A stretch of 64,000 nt of DNA. Source: Chiloscyllium plagiosum (taxonomy: Eukaryota). The translations under genes and the position numbers were made by a program. The stretch covers positions 12,149,650 through 12,213,649 of the forward strand of contig NC_057749.1 in assembly GCF_004010195.1 (NCBI RefSeq). Reading direction: 5' to 3'. Numbering within the stretch: the stretch's first letter is position 1; each line of letters opens with the position of its first letter. Shown here in pieces: positions 35,760-49,624 of the stretch. The notes under the pieces were generated by a model that ran no database searches, had not been told where the DNA came from, and worked only from the letters and a program-made list of their open reading frames with translations.

Positions 35760-38580
35760 CGAAGCTAAATGGATGGAACTGAGAAATAAGAAGGGGGTGA
35801 TAACTTTGATGGGATTGCACTATAGGCTCCCATATTGTCAGTGGAAAATTAAGAAACACACATATGTAGGGAGATCGCAGATAGATCTAAGAATCATACT
35901 TTTGCAATAGTAAGGGATTTTAACTTTCTACACATCATCTGAAACTGCCAGAGTGTTAAGGGCTTGGATGGAAAGGAATTTGTTCAGTGCATTCAAGAAA
36001 ACTTTCTCAATCAATACATAGATGGCCCTTCTGGGGGAAGAGGTAAAACTTAACCCTTGGGAAATATGGCAGAGCAAGTGACTAAGGTGTTAGTTGGGGA
36101 ACAGTTTGGAACTGGTCCACAAGATAAAGTTCTAAATGGGGGCAAGGCCAATTTTCATGGTATTAGACAGGAACTTTCAAAAGTTGATTGGGGCAGGCTA
36201 TTTGTAAGTAAAGGGATATCTCTGTTAAGTTGGAGGCTTTCAAAAGTGAGATAACAAGAGTTCAAGGAGAACATATTCCTTTTAGTGTGAAGGGCAACGT
36301 TGACAGGATGAGTGAACACTGGATGTCTAGAGATACTGAGGCTCTGTTCAAGAAAAAGAAACAGGCACACATCAGCTCGGATCAAGTGAACCCCTTCAGG
36401 GATATAGGGAGTGTCGGAGTACACTTAAGAGGGAAATCAGGAGGGAACAAAGGGGACATAAGATAGCTTTCACAAATAATGTTAAGGAGAATGTGAAGAG
36501 ATCCTGCAAGTACATTAAGGATAAAAGAGTAACAAGTGAGAGAATAGGGCTTCTGAAAGATCAACTAAGTCATCTACGAGTGGATCCACAGGAGATGGAA
36601 GAGATGCTGAACAAATATTTCATGTCAGTATTTACTGTGGAGAAAGACATGGGAGCTCAGGAACTCAGGGAAATAAATAGTGATGTCTTGAAAAGAGTCC
36701 ATATTACAGAAGAGGTGGCGCTGGAGGTCCTAAATGCATAAAGGTAGAAACATCTTTCCTACCTGAAGAAGTGTATCCCAGGATATTTGTGGCAAGCTTG
36801 GGAAGAAATTACAGGGCCCTTTGCAGAGACATTTGTTTTTTGTGTCAGACACAGGCGAGGTGCGGGAAGGCTGAAAGTAGCTACTGTTGCACCAATATTT
36901 AAAAAAGACTGCAAGGAAAAGCTTTGAGGATTCCAGACCAATGAGCATGATGTCAGTGGTGAATACTTTGTTGGAGGGAATTTACATCCATTTGGAAAGG
37001 CAAGGACTGATTAGGGATAATCAGCATGGCTTGGTGGATGGAAAATTGTGTTCCAAAAACTTGATAATTTTTTTTGAAGAGGTGAACAAGAAGATAGATG
37101 AAAGAAGAATGGTAGACATTATCTACGTGGACTTCAGCTAGGCCTTTGACAGGGTTCCACATGGTAGACTGATAAGTAAGGTTAGATCACATGGGATCCA
37201 GGGAGACTTAGCCAATTGAATACAAAATTGGCTTGATGGTAGAAGACAACGGCTGTTGTTTAGACTGGTGGCCTTTATCAGTAGTGTGCCACAACAATCG
37301 ATGATTCCCCTGTTGTTCATCATTTATATACCATATATACACAAATAATAATCAAATTTTTTTGAGTACTTTTTAAGGTTACATTTATGGGGTCGACTAT
37401 TACATGGACACTATTTTTGAGGGCTGAAATTCATGCCTGTCAAAATTCAGTAGCAGAAGCCCAAGTGATCTCTAAACAACAAAGAAAAATAAACATTGAA
37501 TTGTGGTAATTCAGAAAACCCGGAGGGAAACACAAAAGCCAGATGGCCTGGAAGACTGGGACAGGAGTGGAACAACGGCAGACTGGAGAGCTGGAGCAGA
37601 ATGTGACAGCCGGCACACTGACTCGTAAATGTTGATCTACTATCTGTGAATAACTAGGCTCAACCGTTACACAAGGTATTCGGAAAATTCCAGACTATTT
37701 GGCCAAAAATAGGGGGTCAAGTTTACATGAGAACAACTATTACTTGAGTATATATGGTAAAGAATTTGGATGAGAATATAGAAGGCATGGTTGGTAAGTT
37801 TGCAGATGACAACAAAGTTAATGGTATAAGTGGACAGTGAATTTTAAGAGTATAACAGGATCTTGAATAACTGGGCAGAGGGTTGAGCAATGGCAGATGG
37901 AGTTTAATTTAGAAAAATGTGAGGTGTTGCATTTTGGTTAGACAAATCAGGGCAGGACTTGCATAGTATTTGGAAGGCTCGGGCCCTTGGAAGTATTGTC
38001 GAACAGACTGACCCAGCAATGTAAGTACATAGTTCCTTGAAAGTGGTGTCACAGGTAGGTAGGGTGGTGAAGGGGCATTTGGCACGCTTGCCTTCATTTG
38101 TCACAGCAGTGAGAACAGAAATTGGGACATCATGTGATAGATGTACAACACACTGGTAAGGCCACATTTGGAGCACTGTGTACAATTCTGGTCACCCTCC
38201 TACAGGAAGGATATTATTAAACTGGAAAGGGTGCAAAAAAGATTTACAATAATGTCACAGACTGGAGGCTTTGAATAGGCTCAGACTTTTCTCCTCTGGA
38301 GCATAAGATGCTGATGGGTGACCTTATAGAGGTTTATAAAATCATGAGGGACATAGATAAGGTGAATAACCAAGGGAATAGGTTTAAGGTGAGAAAGAAA
38401 GATTTAGAAGGAACCTGAGGAACAATGTTTTCACACAGAGAATGGTGCATATATATTATATATATGTAACGAGCTGCCAAAGGAAATGGCCGAGGAGAGT
38501 ACAATTACAGCATCAAAAAGACGTTTTGATTGGAAAGGTTTAGAGGGATATCAACCAAACGCAATTGATTGGTACAATTT
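35760..38580 (+). mobile_element. Degenerate CR1 ORF2, endonuclease to 3' UTR, interrupted by a MITE
   Basis: VRDFNF, IYVDFS, KFADD and [14 protein letters not shown] motifs. Confidence 0.9.
37331..37757. mobile_element. Non-autonomous Tc1/mariner-pogo (Tc2-like) DNA transposon (MITE)
   Basis: TIRs CCATATATACACAAATAATA and TATTACTTGAGTATATATGG; TA duplication (37329-30 / 37758-59); the CR1 host sequence is continuous across it. Confidence 0.85.
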
Positions 38581-39479
38581 TCAGAAGCTTCCCGAAACAA
38601 ATTAAGAAGTGTGAAAAAGACAGAAAAACACAAAGATATCATAATCTCTATAAGTGTCACTATAATTTAATGAAGGAGTTTTGACATCTTGAGCACAAGC
38701 TAGAGATTTAGCTTTTTTGCTCCGATGCCTGTAAGACGATATTATTCTAATTCTAATACTGCTGCTTTTGTTTTTGTCGGGTTACTGGAAAATTCCATTG
38801 CACAAAGGACTGTGCAGACAAGATATCTTGGTTACAATGTTTGTGAATGTGACATTAGTATTCCTTTCTTAAATTCTGAATAATGAAACAGAGCCAAAAT
38901 TAATGGATAAAATACAAATTAGCAAGAGCGAGCCAGAGGACAGAGTTTTGATGGACCCTAGAGGTGCCCTGTGTAAGGGGAAAAATAGACTGTTTGGAGT
39001 CTACAAAACAGCGTGTTCAACACAAAGTCTTTACTGACGTAAGCTTAAGACTTATGCCTATAATGTACATGGTAGAAGTCACATGGCTTTGGCAGACTAA
39101 CAGGAACATTTGTGCATGATTATGCTTTAATTCAAATTCCACTTTCTACACAAAAAAAAATTGCATGCATTATCATGTATATTTGCAGTTACCCAACTTA
39201 CCAAACATATGCCTTCCTCATGCCTTAGCAGGTAATTAAGCTCATTAGTCTACACACATGCATTATTTGCACACTTTCCTTGAGTTGTGCTGGTCTCTTA
39301 GTAGTGTGGGCATGCACGTTGTCATTGGAAGTTCATCTAGCTGTTCTTTTCCAAGGGAGTGTCATTCCTGAATCATTCACTACAGCTGCTGTAGTACTAT
39401 TAATGTATTTCTGTTGGGTTGCTGCAAACCCTTTCTCCGATTGTTGATGTGCAAACTGTACAGGTGGTGAATTCACCTA

Positions 39480-39586
39480 GGAGGAGAAAGGGAGGGCTGC
39501 AGATGCTGGAGATCAGAGCTGAAAATGTGTTGCTGGAAAAGCACAGCAGGTCGGGCAGCATCCAAGGAACAGGAGAATCGACGTTT
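39480..39586 (-). mobile_element. PLE family B terminus truncated inside the hammerhead
   Basis: Minus strand starts at GAAACGTCGATTCTCC; TSD TTCACCTA (39472-39479 / 39585-39592). Confidence 0.82.
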
Positions 39587-40429
39587 CACCTATTCCTGAC
39601 CAGACATGTGCAGCTACTCCAGTTAAGGAGATGTGATGATATATCCACTGCACATGATCAAAGAGATAACTGCTCCATGCAGATCCCAATTTGGCAGGTT
39701 TTTGTCAAGTGTTGAAGGTTTATACTTTACCTGGTTCTCCAATGTTCAGCGGTCTTGTCAAAATGAAATTTGGTTTTATGCTGTTTCATCTTGATTTTGC
39801 CCCTCACACCAGTTAGTATTTCTGGCTTCAGTAGCTCTTTGGTATTGGAAGAGTAGTTTCTACGCAGTGTGTAACTGGTCTTTGTCCTGGATTATTTTCC
39901 ATTCTGTCAGTATGCATGCTTTCCAACTTGAGAATTTCTTTGCATAAATATGTGGGATTTGCTTGATATCTTAATGATTCTTTTACCATTTTCACTGCTG
40001 CTTCAGCCCTTATTTGACCTGGATCATGTGGAAATGATGGGCGGTGCAGTTAATGAAATGACACAATTCCTCACTCATGAACAGTGGCTCATGCACATTC
40101 ACGACAATGTTGGATTGCTGTAATGGTCAGCATTCACTTTTAGAAATTTAACAATTTCACCTGTAGTCATTGAGAAGGCTGGTCCACTTCAACAGTGGTC
40201 TGAATAGTATTCTACAGTGATAAGATAAATCTGTTCCTCTCAATGTTCCTCAGCTTCATCCATGGCCTTTCTGGGGTTTGTGTATCGACCACATTTCTCA
40301 GTTTGTTTAGCTGGTGCACATTAGAACAGTGCAACTGGCATAGATCTGGCTCATTCCCAGAATCTGCGCAGTTGCAGTCACCCGAACCATCTTCCACTTC
40401 ATCTGAAGCTCTAAGGTAAACCAAATCCG

Positions 40430-41430
40430 TAGTAACACAATGAAGAAAACTCTGGAGAAGGTGGGGGAAAAGAACTTGCTAAACACCCCCTTCATGCTGA
40501 TGGCCACCTTTTTGTACGGCTGCATTAAGCGGTGTATAGAACTCCATGTGCAAACACAAAGTGTCACTGAGATTCTACCTGTCCCCAGTATTGCAAAGGA
40601 TGGGGCTGGCCTCGTTGCCACGGATTGCTCAAAGTAGTTTGACCATTCTATATCACCTGTCCTTAAGGGAGAGATTTGCAAAGAAAATCACCTTTGACCA
40701 TAAATCCATCAGGAAGTGGTAAGCAGGTAGCATCCTTGAGACCCTGTGGGAAAGAGAGGGTGGATCCTGTCGGATTGTTCCCTAAGCAGATTGTCAGTCA
40801 TTTGGCACAATGACTCAACAGAGCTTTGCAGCAAGCACCGAAATATCGCCTGGCTGGTGGTGAGAAGTACATTCCCTGTTAGATCCTGCATGTATACCCA
40901 GACTTTCTGCATCATCGCACATTGCCCCTGAAGCTGCTGCAGAGGGATAGAGATTGTCACACATCTCCGACTGAAATGTGCCTTTGCAAAGGAAGTCTGC
41001 AGAGAAATGCAGTAGTCTTTGCAAAGGTTCATCCTGAGCAACTCCGTGACACAGGATTCTTATGTTCTGTTCTCCCGGAAGCATACTGAGACAAACATCA
41101 AATACGCCTGGAGGACCATCAACTCAGTGAAAGATGCTCTCGGGTCTGCCTGAAACTGGTTGGTCTTCCGGAGCAAGGTCTTGACCTCATCCAGGTGTTG
41201 TAGACTGGCACATTCCAAGTTTCAGGACTACATGCCGAGAGACACACTAAAGCTTGGGGCAGCTGCTGCCAAGGTGTGGTGTGCGTGACCACTGTTCATT
41301 CTACCCAAGTTAAATGGGGGTCCATTCAGTTATCAGACCCTCTCGGTGCCTCAACTATATTAAATATAGTCTTGTAAGTAAGAAATGCTTTTGATTTGTT
41401 TGCTGGATAGAGTTAAACTCCAATGTTTGT
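40430..41430 (+). mobile_element. Older Tx1/L1-clade 3' fragment, same family as 28872-29745
   Basis: LMATFLYGCIK, WHNDSTELCSKHRNIAWLVVR; alignable to the reverse complement of 29090-29745. Confidence 0.85.
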
Positions 41431-41434
41431 TTAA

Positions 41435-41613
41435 AACCCAAAAGAACTGCGGATGCAGGAAATCATAAACAAAAAACAGAAATGCTGGAAAAGCACAGGA
41501 GGTCTGGCAGTATCTGTGGAGAAATCAGAGTTGACATTTTCGATCCAATTATTCTTCCTCAGAGTGGACTATATGAACTCAGTTTTCTCTCCACAGATCC
41601 TGCTAGACCTCAG
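41435..41613. mobile_element. Degenerate fold-back PLE terminus (family B-related)
   Basis: GGTCTGGCAGTATCTGTGGAGA versus TCTCCACAGATCCTGCTAGACC; decayed minus-strand CTGAGGA..GAAA. Confidence 0.65.
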
Positions 41614-42626
41614 AGTCAGAGATTTTCATCATGGTAACAGACCCTTCAGTCCAACTCGTCTATGCCAACCAGATATCCTAAATTAATCTAATGCCATTTG
41701 CCAGCACTTGGACCATATCCCGCTAAGCCCCTCCTATTCATATACCCATGCCTTTTAAAATGTTGTAGTTGTACCTGCCTCTACCACTTCCTCACTCCAT
41801 ACACACACCACCCTCTGCGTGAAAACGTTGATCTTCAAATCCCTTTTAAATCTTTCACCTCTGACCTTAAACCTATATCCTCTAGTTTTGTCTCTCCTAT
41901 CCTGGTCAAAATACTTTGGCTATTCACCCTCTCCACACCCCTCATCATTTTATAAACCCTTAAGGTCACCCTTCTGCCTACATTTTAGGGAAAATAGCCC
42001 CATGCCTATTCAACCTCTGCCTATAGCTTAACTTCTTCCACCCAGCAACATCCTTGTAAAACTTTTCTGCACCCTTTCAAGTTTCACAGCATCTTTCCTA
42101 TAGCAGGGAGACCAGAACTGAATGCAGTATTCCAACAGTGGCCTCACCAACATCTTGTATAGCCGCAACATGACATCCCAACTTCTGTAATCAGTACACT
42201 CACCAATTAAGGCAAGCATAGTATATGCCTGCTATACTACCTTGTCTATCTGCAACTCCCATTATTAAAGAAATACAAACCTGCACCCCACAATCTCTTT
42301 GTTCAGCAACATCCCCAGAACCCTACCATTACATGTAAAGTCTGGTCTTGATCGGTCTTACCAAATTGCAACACCTCACATTTTTCTAAATTAAATTCCA
42401 CCTGCCATCCCTCGGCCCATCTGATCAATGTCCCATTGTATTCTGAGAAAATCTTCTTCATTGTCCGTTACACCACCAATCTGTGTCATCTGCAAACTTA
42501 CCAACCATTCTTCCTATATGAGCATCCAAATCATTTATATAAATGATAAAAAGCAGTGGACACAGCACCGATCCTCGGGGCACATCACTGGTCACAAGCC
42601 TGCAGTCTGATAAACAATGCTCCACT

Positions 42627-43605
42627 CTTTTAAATAAAGGGTGTAAACAGACAAATCCAACATCCCCCGCTACTGCTCCCATTAGACACTTCGGGGACAG
42701 GGACAGCACCGGGTGAAACTCAGCAAAGCCCACACTGCTCCTTCAAAACAGAAAATAAAGCTGCCTTGAATCTTTTAAAGAAAAATAAAGATCCTATTAC
42801 TCTGGGGAAAAACAAACAATTAACCAGCAAAAAATGGCTCTCCCCTGACTCTGATCCCACCAACCTCTTTTGGGCAGGGACCACAGAGGACCAATATAAA
42901 AAGAGACTAAAGGAAAATCAAAGAAAACAAATAAAAAACAAATAACTAAATAAATCAATGCCAGTAAATCAATGCCCTCTGCTCCATCCCCATCAAACAC
43001 TCCTGGGATAGAGACAACAAAGGTTTAACATCCAGAGGATGTTTTCATACTCATTCCAACTAAAAATAAAATTCTCTTCGTCCCAATCCCCATCAAGTAC
43101 ATCTGGACAGGGATAATACAAGAGGTCCAAAATTGGAACAAAGGGCAAATAAAACAGCCCTCTTCCCAAGGCACCAAATCAGAAAACAAATGCAAACTTA
43201 AAAGGCAAAATAGAAACTTATACTACAGAAACAATTAACTAAATCAGAATATCATTATCCCGATTGATAATGCACTTCAGCCCTCACTACGCCCAGCCTC
43301 TTGAAAGGCCTCAAATGTGCCACTGAGCACGGCATGCTTCCCCTCCAAGGACACCTGAGCGCAGATGTAACCACTAAAGAGGGGCAGACAGGCAGGAACA
43401 ACAAGCTCCTCTTCAAGCTGTTACATGGACCTATTAATGGTTATCTTGGCCAGGCCTAGAAGCAAAGCCACAAGAAGGCTCATAGACTTGTCTACCGTAC
43501 CCTGCTTCAGGTGCCCATAGATCAGGAGTGTGGGGCTGAAGTGCAACCAGAATTTTAACAGCAGCCCCTTCAAAAAACTTAAATGGGTCTGCAGATGAAT
43601 GCATT
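42627..43605 (-). mobile_element. Second Tx1/L1-clade family: ORF2 C-terminus and long 3' UTR
   Basis: LLVALLLGLAKITINRS...LPLFSGYICAQVSLE..HAVLSGTFEAF; T-rich 3' UTR ending TTTATTTAAAAA. Confidence 0.65.
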
Positions 43606-44022
43606 ATTTTCCCCACTATCCTCTGTCTCCCACCTTCAAGCAAATTTTATATCCAAATGGCTCGGTATCCCTGAATCCCACGTGATCTAACCAGTCCAGC
43701 ATGCAGAACTTTCAAGTCTTGCTGAAGTCCACACAATGTCCAATGCTCTGCCTTCTTCGTCACTTCTTCAAAATATTCAATCAAGTTCATTAGACACAAT
43801 TCCCCATGCTCAAAGCCATGCTGACTCTCTAATCAGTTCTTACCTTTCGAAATACATATAAACCCTGCTCCTCAGAATCCCCTCCACAAATGTCAGGCTC
43901 ACCAGTCTACAGTTCCCTTGCTTTTCCTGACCATCTTTCTTAAATAATGGCACCACACTAGCCACCCTCCAGGCTTCTGGCACTTCACCCGTGGCTATCT
44001 ATGATCAAACATCTCAGCAAGT

Positions 44023-44232
44023 ATAAAATGAGGACTGCAGATGCTGGAGATCAGAGCTGAAAATATGTTGCTGGAAAAGCGCAGCAGAAATATGTTGCTG
44101 GAAAAGCGCAGCAGGTCAGGCAGCATCCAAGGAGCAGAAGAATCAACGTTTTGGTTCATGCCCGAAACGTCGATTCTCCTGCTCCTTGGATGCTGCCTGA
44201 CCTGCTGCGCTTTTCCAGCAACATATTTTCAG
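44023..44232. mobile_element. Fold-back PLE family B element with a 27-bp internal tandem duplication
   Basis: TSD ATCTCAGCAAGT (44011-44022 / 44233-44244); arms pivot at 44151-44165; AAATATGTTGCTGGAAAAGCGCAGCAG occurs twice. Confidence 0.88.
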
Positions 44233-45524
44233 ATCTCAGCAAGTGGCCCAGCAATCACTTCCCGAACTTCCCTCAAAGTTCTAGGTTCACCTGATCAAGG
44301 ATTTATCCACCTTTTTGCATTCTAAGGTGTCCAGCATCACCACCTCTAAAATATGGACATGTTCCAATATATCACTCCTTACTTCTCCAAGTTCTCCAGC
44401 TTCCACAGCCTTCGTCACAGTAAACAGATCTGTGAAATACTCGTTTAATATCTCATCCATCTCCAACCTCTCGATAGAGACAGCCTTGTTCACTTTTAAG
44501 GCGCCTTATTCTCTCCCTAGTTACTCTTATGCCCTTAATGCATTTGTCGATGTTCTTTGGATTCTTGCTAATCCTATTTGCCAAAGCTATTTCACATCCC
44601 TTTCTTGCCCTCTTGATTTTCCCCTTAAGTATACTCTTACTGCCCTTATACTCTTCTAGGGATTCACTTAATCTGAGCTATCTATACCTAATATTTGCCT
44701 CCTCCTTTTTCTTGACCACAACCTCTAGTCATCCAGCATTCTCTACACCTACCACCCTTGTCCTTCACTGTAAGAGAAACAGTATGTTCCTGAACTCTCC
44801 TGAAAGGCCTCCCATTTACCAACTAGCCATTCACCTGTAAATAGCCTTTCCCAATCAACTTTTGAAAGTTCTTGACTTCGCTTGACTTCAGGTATTGTTA
44901 AATTGTAAATTTTTCTTGTTCAGCTTCAGGCTTACCTGAAAAGGTCTGTCAAGCAGTTCACCGTATTTTGATCGCGGTCAGCGATGGATTCTTTGATTGT
45001 ATCTCCACATCCATAAATAAGCTGATAATCCACTATAGTTTCCAATCCAGGAAGATCAAAAATGATTTGATACTGTCTGTGGTGATATTCTTCCAGAGCA
45101 GTGGAAATACCAAATGGCATGCAAAATCATCTGTATTTACCAAAGCGGGTCAAGGACATGGTTAGAAAATTGCTGCTTTCATCCGGCCTGATTTACCAGC
45201 AACGATCCTTCACATCTAAAAAAAGTGTTGAAAATTTTTGATGTTGCAAATTGTGACAACTTCTTTTTCAATTATTTGCATGGAATACTGAGATCCCTTC
45301 AGGGCCTTATTTAGATACTTGGGTCGATGCATGCACTTAGCTTTCCAGGTGGTTTCATTGCTACCATGCAGGTAACTTGCTCTGTAGGAATTATCATTTC
45401 CTTAACTATGCCCTTCTTTTCCAGCTCTTCCATCTAATCTTTGTGGCTGGCCATGAGTGCAGTAGAAGTTTCCTCAATAGACCAAAACTAGTCTTGCATT
45501 CAAGTAGATATTCTCCAGGAAAAT

Positions 45525-46358
45525 GCCTCAGAGCACAACAGGCTCTTGATCAGATGGGCCAATGGGCTGAGAAGTGGCAGATGGAGTTTAATTTAGATAA
45601 ATGTGAGGTGCTGCATTTTGGAAAGGCAAATTAGAGCAGGACTTATACACTTAATGGCAAGGTCCTGGGTAAAACTTGGATTGCAGGTTCATAGTTCCTT
45701 GAAAATGGAGTTGCAGGTAGATAGATAGCGAAGACAGCATTTGGTATGCTTTCCGTTTTGGTCACAGCAGTGAGTATATGACTGGGGAGGTCATGTTGCA
45801 ATTATACAAGACATTTGTTAGATCCCTTTTGGAATAGTGTGTGCAATTCTGGTCTCTCTGCTATAAGGAGGATGCTGTGAAACTTGAAAGGGTTCAGAAA
45901 AGACTTACAAGGGTTTGCCAGGGTTCGAGGATTCGAGCTACAGGGAGAGGCTGTTTTTCCTAGAACGTCAGAGACTGAGGGGTGACCTTATAGAGGTTTA
46001 TAAAATCATGAATGGCATGGATAGGGTAATTAGACAAGGTATTTTCCCTGGGATGGGGAATCCAGAGCTAGAGGGCATAGGTCTAGAGTGAGAGGGGAAG
46101 ATTTAAAAGGTTACTAATGGGCATTTTCTTCACGCAGAGGGCAGTGCATATATGGAATGAGCTGCTACAGGAAATGATGGAGGCTGGTACAATTACAATA
46201 TTTAAAAAGCATCTGAATGGGTACATGAGTGGGAAGGGTTTAGAGGGATATGGGCCAAGTACTGGCAAATGGGCCTAGATTAGGTTAGGGTATCTGGTCA
46301 ACTTGGATGAGTTGGACTGACGGGTCTGTTTCCGTGCTGTACATCTCTATGACTCTAT
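45525..46358 (+). mobile_element. CR1 3' fragment inserted in the Gypsy pol region
   Basis: WAEKWQMEFNLDKCEVLHFG through to the gactctat tail. Confidence 0.9.
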
Positions 46359-49045
46359 ATGCTAACCCCGTAAACACAATGTTGTACTCCTCTAGGAATT
46401 GTCCCAAAATAAATGGCTTAAACTGTGCTATGACACATTGCAAATCTTGTTTGGCACAGTGAGGGTTACCAGTCTACATTTTAGACTTGCCCCAGCTGAG
46501 ATGACTAGCATTTGCTCTCCATCTATGATCTGAAATTCCAGATCCTCGGTCATGTTGTTACAATGGGTTCTTGGAGTAATCTATCCTCTTGGCATTAGCA
46601 CAGACCTATCATATGGCATTACTGTTACTTTCTAGGCCTTCATTTTTGGACTGTCATGTTTAGCCACTTCTCACAGGTCTGTGAACATTATGCATGATGC
46701 ACCAGTATCTGACACTTCATGTTGATTGGTTAGTTTCCTTCTGTAGTTCTCATTTTAATAAGACATAAACCATGTCTCAAATAGTGACTTCACTGAACCA
46801 ACCTGTTATATGGTGTCTGAGTAATTGGTCAGAATCTTCCGTTTCTCTCTCTCCAGTGGCCATCTGTACTTGCTTGTATGCTCCTTTTTAGACGACACTT
46901 GGGTGCAAAATGATTCAGTTCTTGCATTGAGAACACTGCTTTCCCCATGCTGGATGTGCTGCCTTCTCCTTTGTACAATGTCCTCCATAATATTTGCATT
47001 CCGCTCTTGGTCTGTTGTTGTTCTGCCCTTTGTACTTGGAGAATCTATTAGCATAATGCAAGAGCCAGCACTTCTGAACAGGTAAATTACTCTCCTGAGT
47101 GTAAACTTCTCTTCTCTTAACAGGCGTGTTCGCATTTTGGGATCTTTTATGCCTAATACAATCCTGGCTTTAAATGGATTATTCCTTAATTGTGCAAATT
47201 CAAAGGTTTCTGCAAGATGGAGTCATGATTTACAGATTGATGAATATATATGCTAAAGAACTCTTTCTTCACTTTGATCCATTCATACATAACATGCATC
47301 CTGAGCTCAAACGTAACTTCAGAGCAATTAAAGTTTCTGTGGTGTGTTTTCTCTGTTCTTCAGAGAGGTTTTAGGGTGGAATATATTTTGAAATTGTTGC
47401 TTCCCAACAGTGATAAAAGTGTTATTTCATAACTTTGCCATTGTGCCCAGAAAAATTCCAGTTTATACTGTGGCTTGCTTTGTTGTTATTCACTTCTGTT
47501 TCAATGGCAGCTCAGAGCTCAACTATGCCCAACTGTCAGTGCCTGCACTTTATTACTGCTCTGCAAGTCACCTAAGTGTCATTTCTGACACAATGTTTAA
47601 AGTGTATAACACAGAAGTATGCGCAACACCAGATCTTTACTGAAATGAGCTCAAGATGTCAGTCTACAGCAATGTACGTCATGGTAAAGGCCACATGACT
47701 ACAATAGACTGGGAGGGGCCTTTGTACATGATTGCATCTCAATCCAAATACATTGCTCGAGATGCATACTGGAGAAATGCCGCCATGTAAAGGGGCTGTT
47801 TAAAAAAAATGTGACATTGAATTAATAGCACAACTGATTCTAATAAGATCATGAAAAGGGACACCTTTCATTAGTTCAGCTGGTGCCACTTTAATGTTGT
47901 GAAGAGGCTGGGAGACTGTAGAGATTCAAACAGGAAATTTAAGGTGAGATGGGTGTGGAGCTCACGTGGAACATCTTCAACCATGTTATAAAGAAATCAA
48001 GGGTTAGAGATGATATAATAACTGGAGAGGACAGATGGTGCCAATGAACTTCAGAGGTGAGTGACACAGTCCTCAAGAAAAAGCGAATAATGCCAATGTT
48101 AGATAGCACATGAAATCATGGGTAGGGGGTTGAGTGCAGTGAGTCTAAGGCATGGTGTTATCTTACTTTCTAGCATGATCCTTAATAACACGTGATTCCA
48201 GCAGAGGACAGTGAAATATATTGGCAATTAATGATTTGGCTAATTGTGCTTCTGATATTTTCAAATTTATGACCGAAAGCATGGAGTCTGACATGCAAGA
48301 TAGTGCTCAAATGAAGGAAGGGAGCAAGGGTGTCAAAACCAAAAACATGAGGGCGATTAAGCAGGCTATAATAGAGTTGCTGTGATAAATGATAGGTCAA
48401 AGTCAAGGAAATCAAAATTTCCAAATGCAAATAAAAATTTGGAATTATTGCCATTGGTGGATGGGGAGAACACAGGAAATTGAAGTTACAAGAGAAAGAT
48501 GTGGTCACTAAAGTCTAGAGGTAGCGGATTAAGTTTGCCTCAAGTGATCAAAACTTTGGATCTTGAGAGGCAGGGAGCTGTCGATGAAGACAAGGAGGTT
48601 TCAAAGCACATGAATGAGAGGCAAGTCACAAGGCAAGTCTAAAGGAGGAAAACAGAAGTGCAAAGTAAGAACAGAGGATGCTGATGTAGTTAGACTACGG
48701 GTTCAGGACAATTTGAGAACACAGAGAAATGAGTTCACATCTTAGTACAAATCTAAGCAAAAGGTTTAGGAGCATTTTTGAGTGAGGCACGATTTTGAAA
48801 ATGAAAAAGATTTTGAAAGATACCAAAGTGCAGTTGCAATAAATCAAGAAGCCAATTTCATACGCAGTGATTAAATCCATGTCACCACAATGAAAGATTT
48901 CCAAGTGAAAGTTGGATAGAACTGCTGGATGAGAGTCATATCTTGAGCCTGACATGATTAGAATTATCTGAAATAAAGATCATGAATCCAAGGACCTTGT
49001 TCACAGGTATGTGCATGCTCAAGAGAGAGATGTGAAGGCAGTACG

Positions 49046-49560
49046 AGAGTCATAGAGATGTACAGCACAGAAACAGAGCCTTCAGTCCAACCTGTCCATG
49101 CCGACCAGATTTCCCAACCCAATCTAGTTGCACCTGCCAGCACTTGGCCCATATCCTTCCAAAACCCTTCCTATTCATATACCCATCCAGTTGCCTTTTA
49201 AATGCTGCAATTGTACTAGGCTCCACCACTTCCTCTGGCAGCTCATTCCACACATGCACCACCCTCTGCATGAAAACATTGCCCCATAGGCCTCTTTCCC
49301 CTTTCACCCTAAACCTATGCCCTCTAGTACTGGACTCTTCCACCCCAGGGAAAAGACCTTGGCTATTTACCCTAACTCTTTAAGGTCACCCCTCACCCTC
49401 AGACGCTCCAGGGAAAACAGCCCTCGCCTATTCAACCCCTCCTTACAGTTCAAATCCTACAACCCTGGCAACATCCTTGTAAATTTTTTCAGAACACTTT
49501 GAAGTTTCACAACATCCTTTCGATAGGAAGGAGACCAGAACTTCATGCAATATTCCAAGA
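49046..49560 (-). mobile_element. CR1 3' fragment
   Basis: TRGHRFRVKG..FMQRVVHVWNELPEEVV plus tail. Confidence 0.9.
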
Positions 49561-49624
49561 TGCAAGGTTTTCTGACAGCAATGGTTAAAGGAAAGGAAAG
49601 AGATGGCAAGGACAAGGAAGTAAC

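Larger units (their letters stand above)
41612..44880 (-). mobile_element. CR1 ORF2 and 3' UTR (pieces 41612-42626 and 43605-44880), interrupted by Tx1 and PLE inserts
   Basis: VRPLLEYCIQFWSP, VPRGSVLCPLLF, KFADDT, EILNEYF. Confidence 0.9.
38991..47752 (-). mobile_element. Ancient Gypsy/Ty3 LTR retrotransposon, fragmented by nested insertions
   Basis: LTRs at 47594-47752 and 38991-39141 (TG...CA, clearly alignable); PBS-like TTGTGTCAGAAAT. gag-like RIVLGIKDPKMRTRLLRE (about 47100-47170), protease-like DTGASC (about 46700), RT CIDPKYLNKAL and MPFGISTALE (44900-45350), integrase PERPWMKL and RAEAAVKMVK (39950-40300). Confidence 0.82.
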
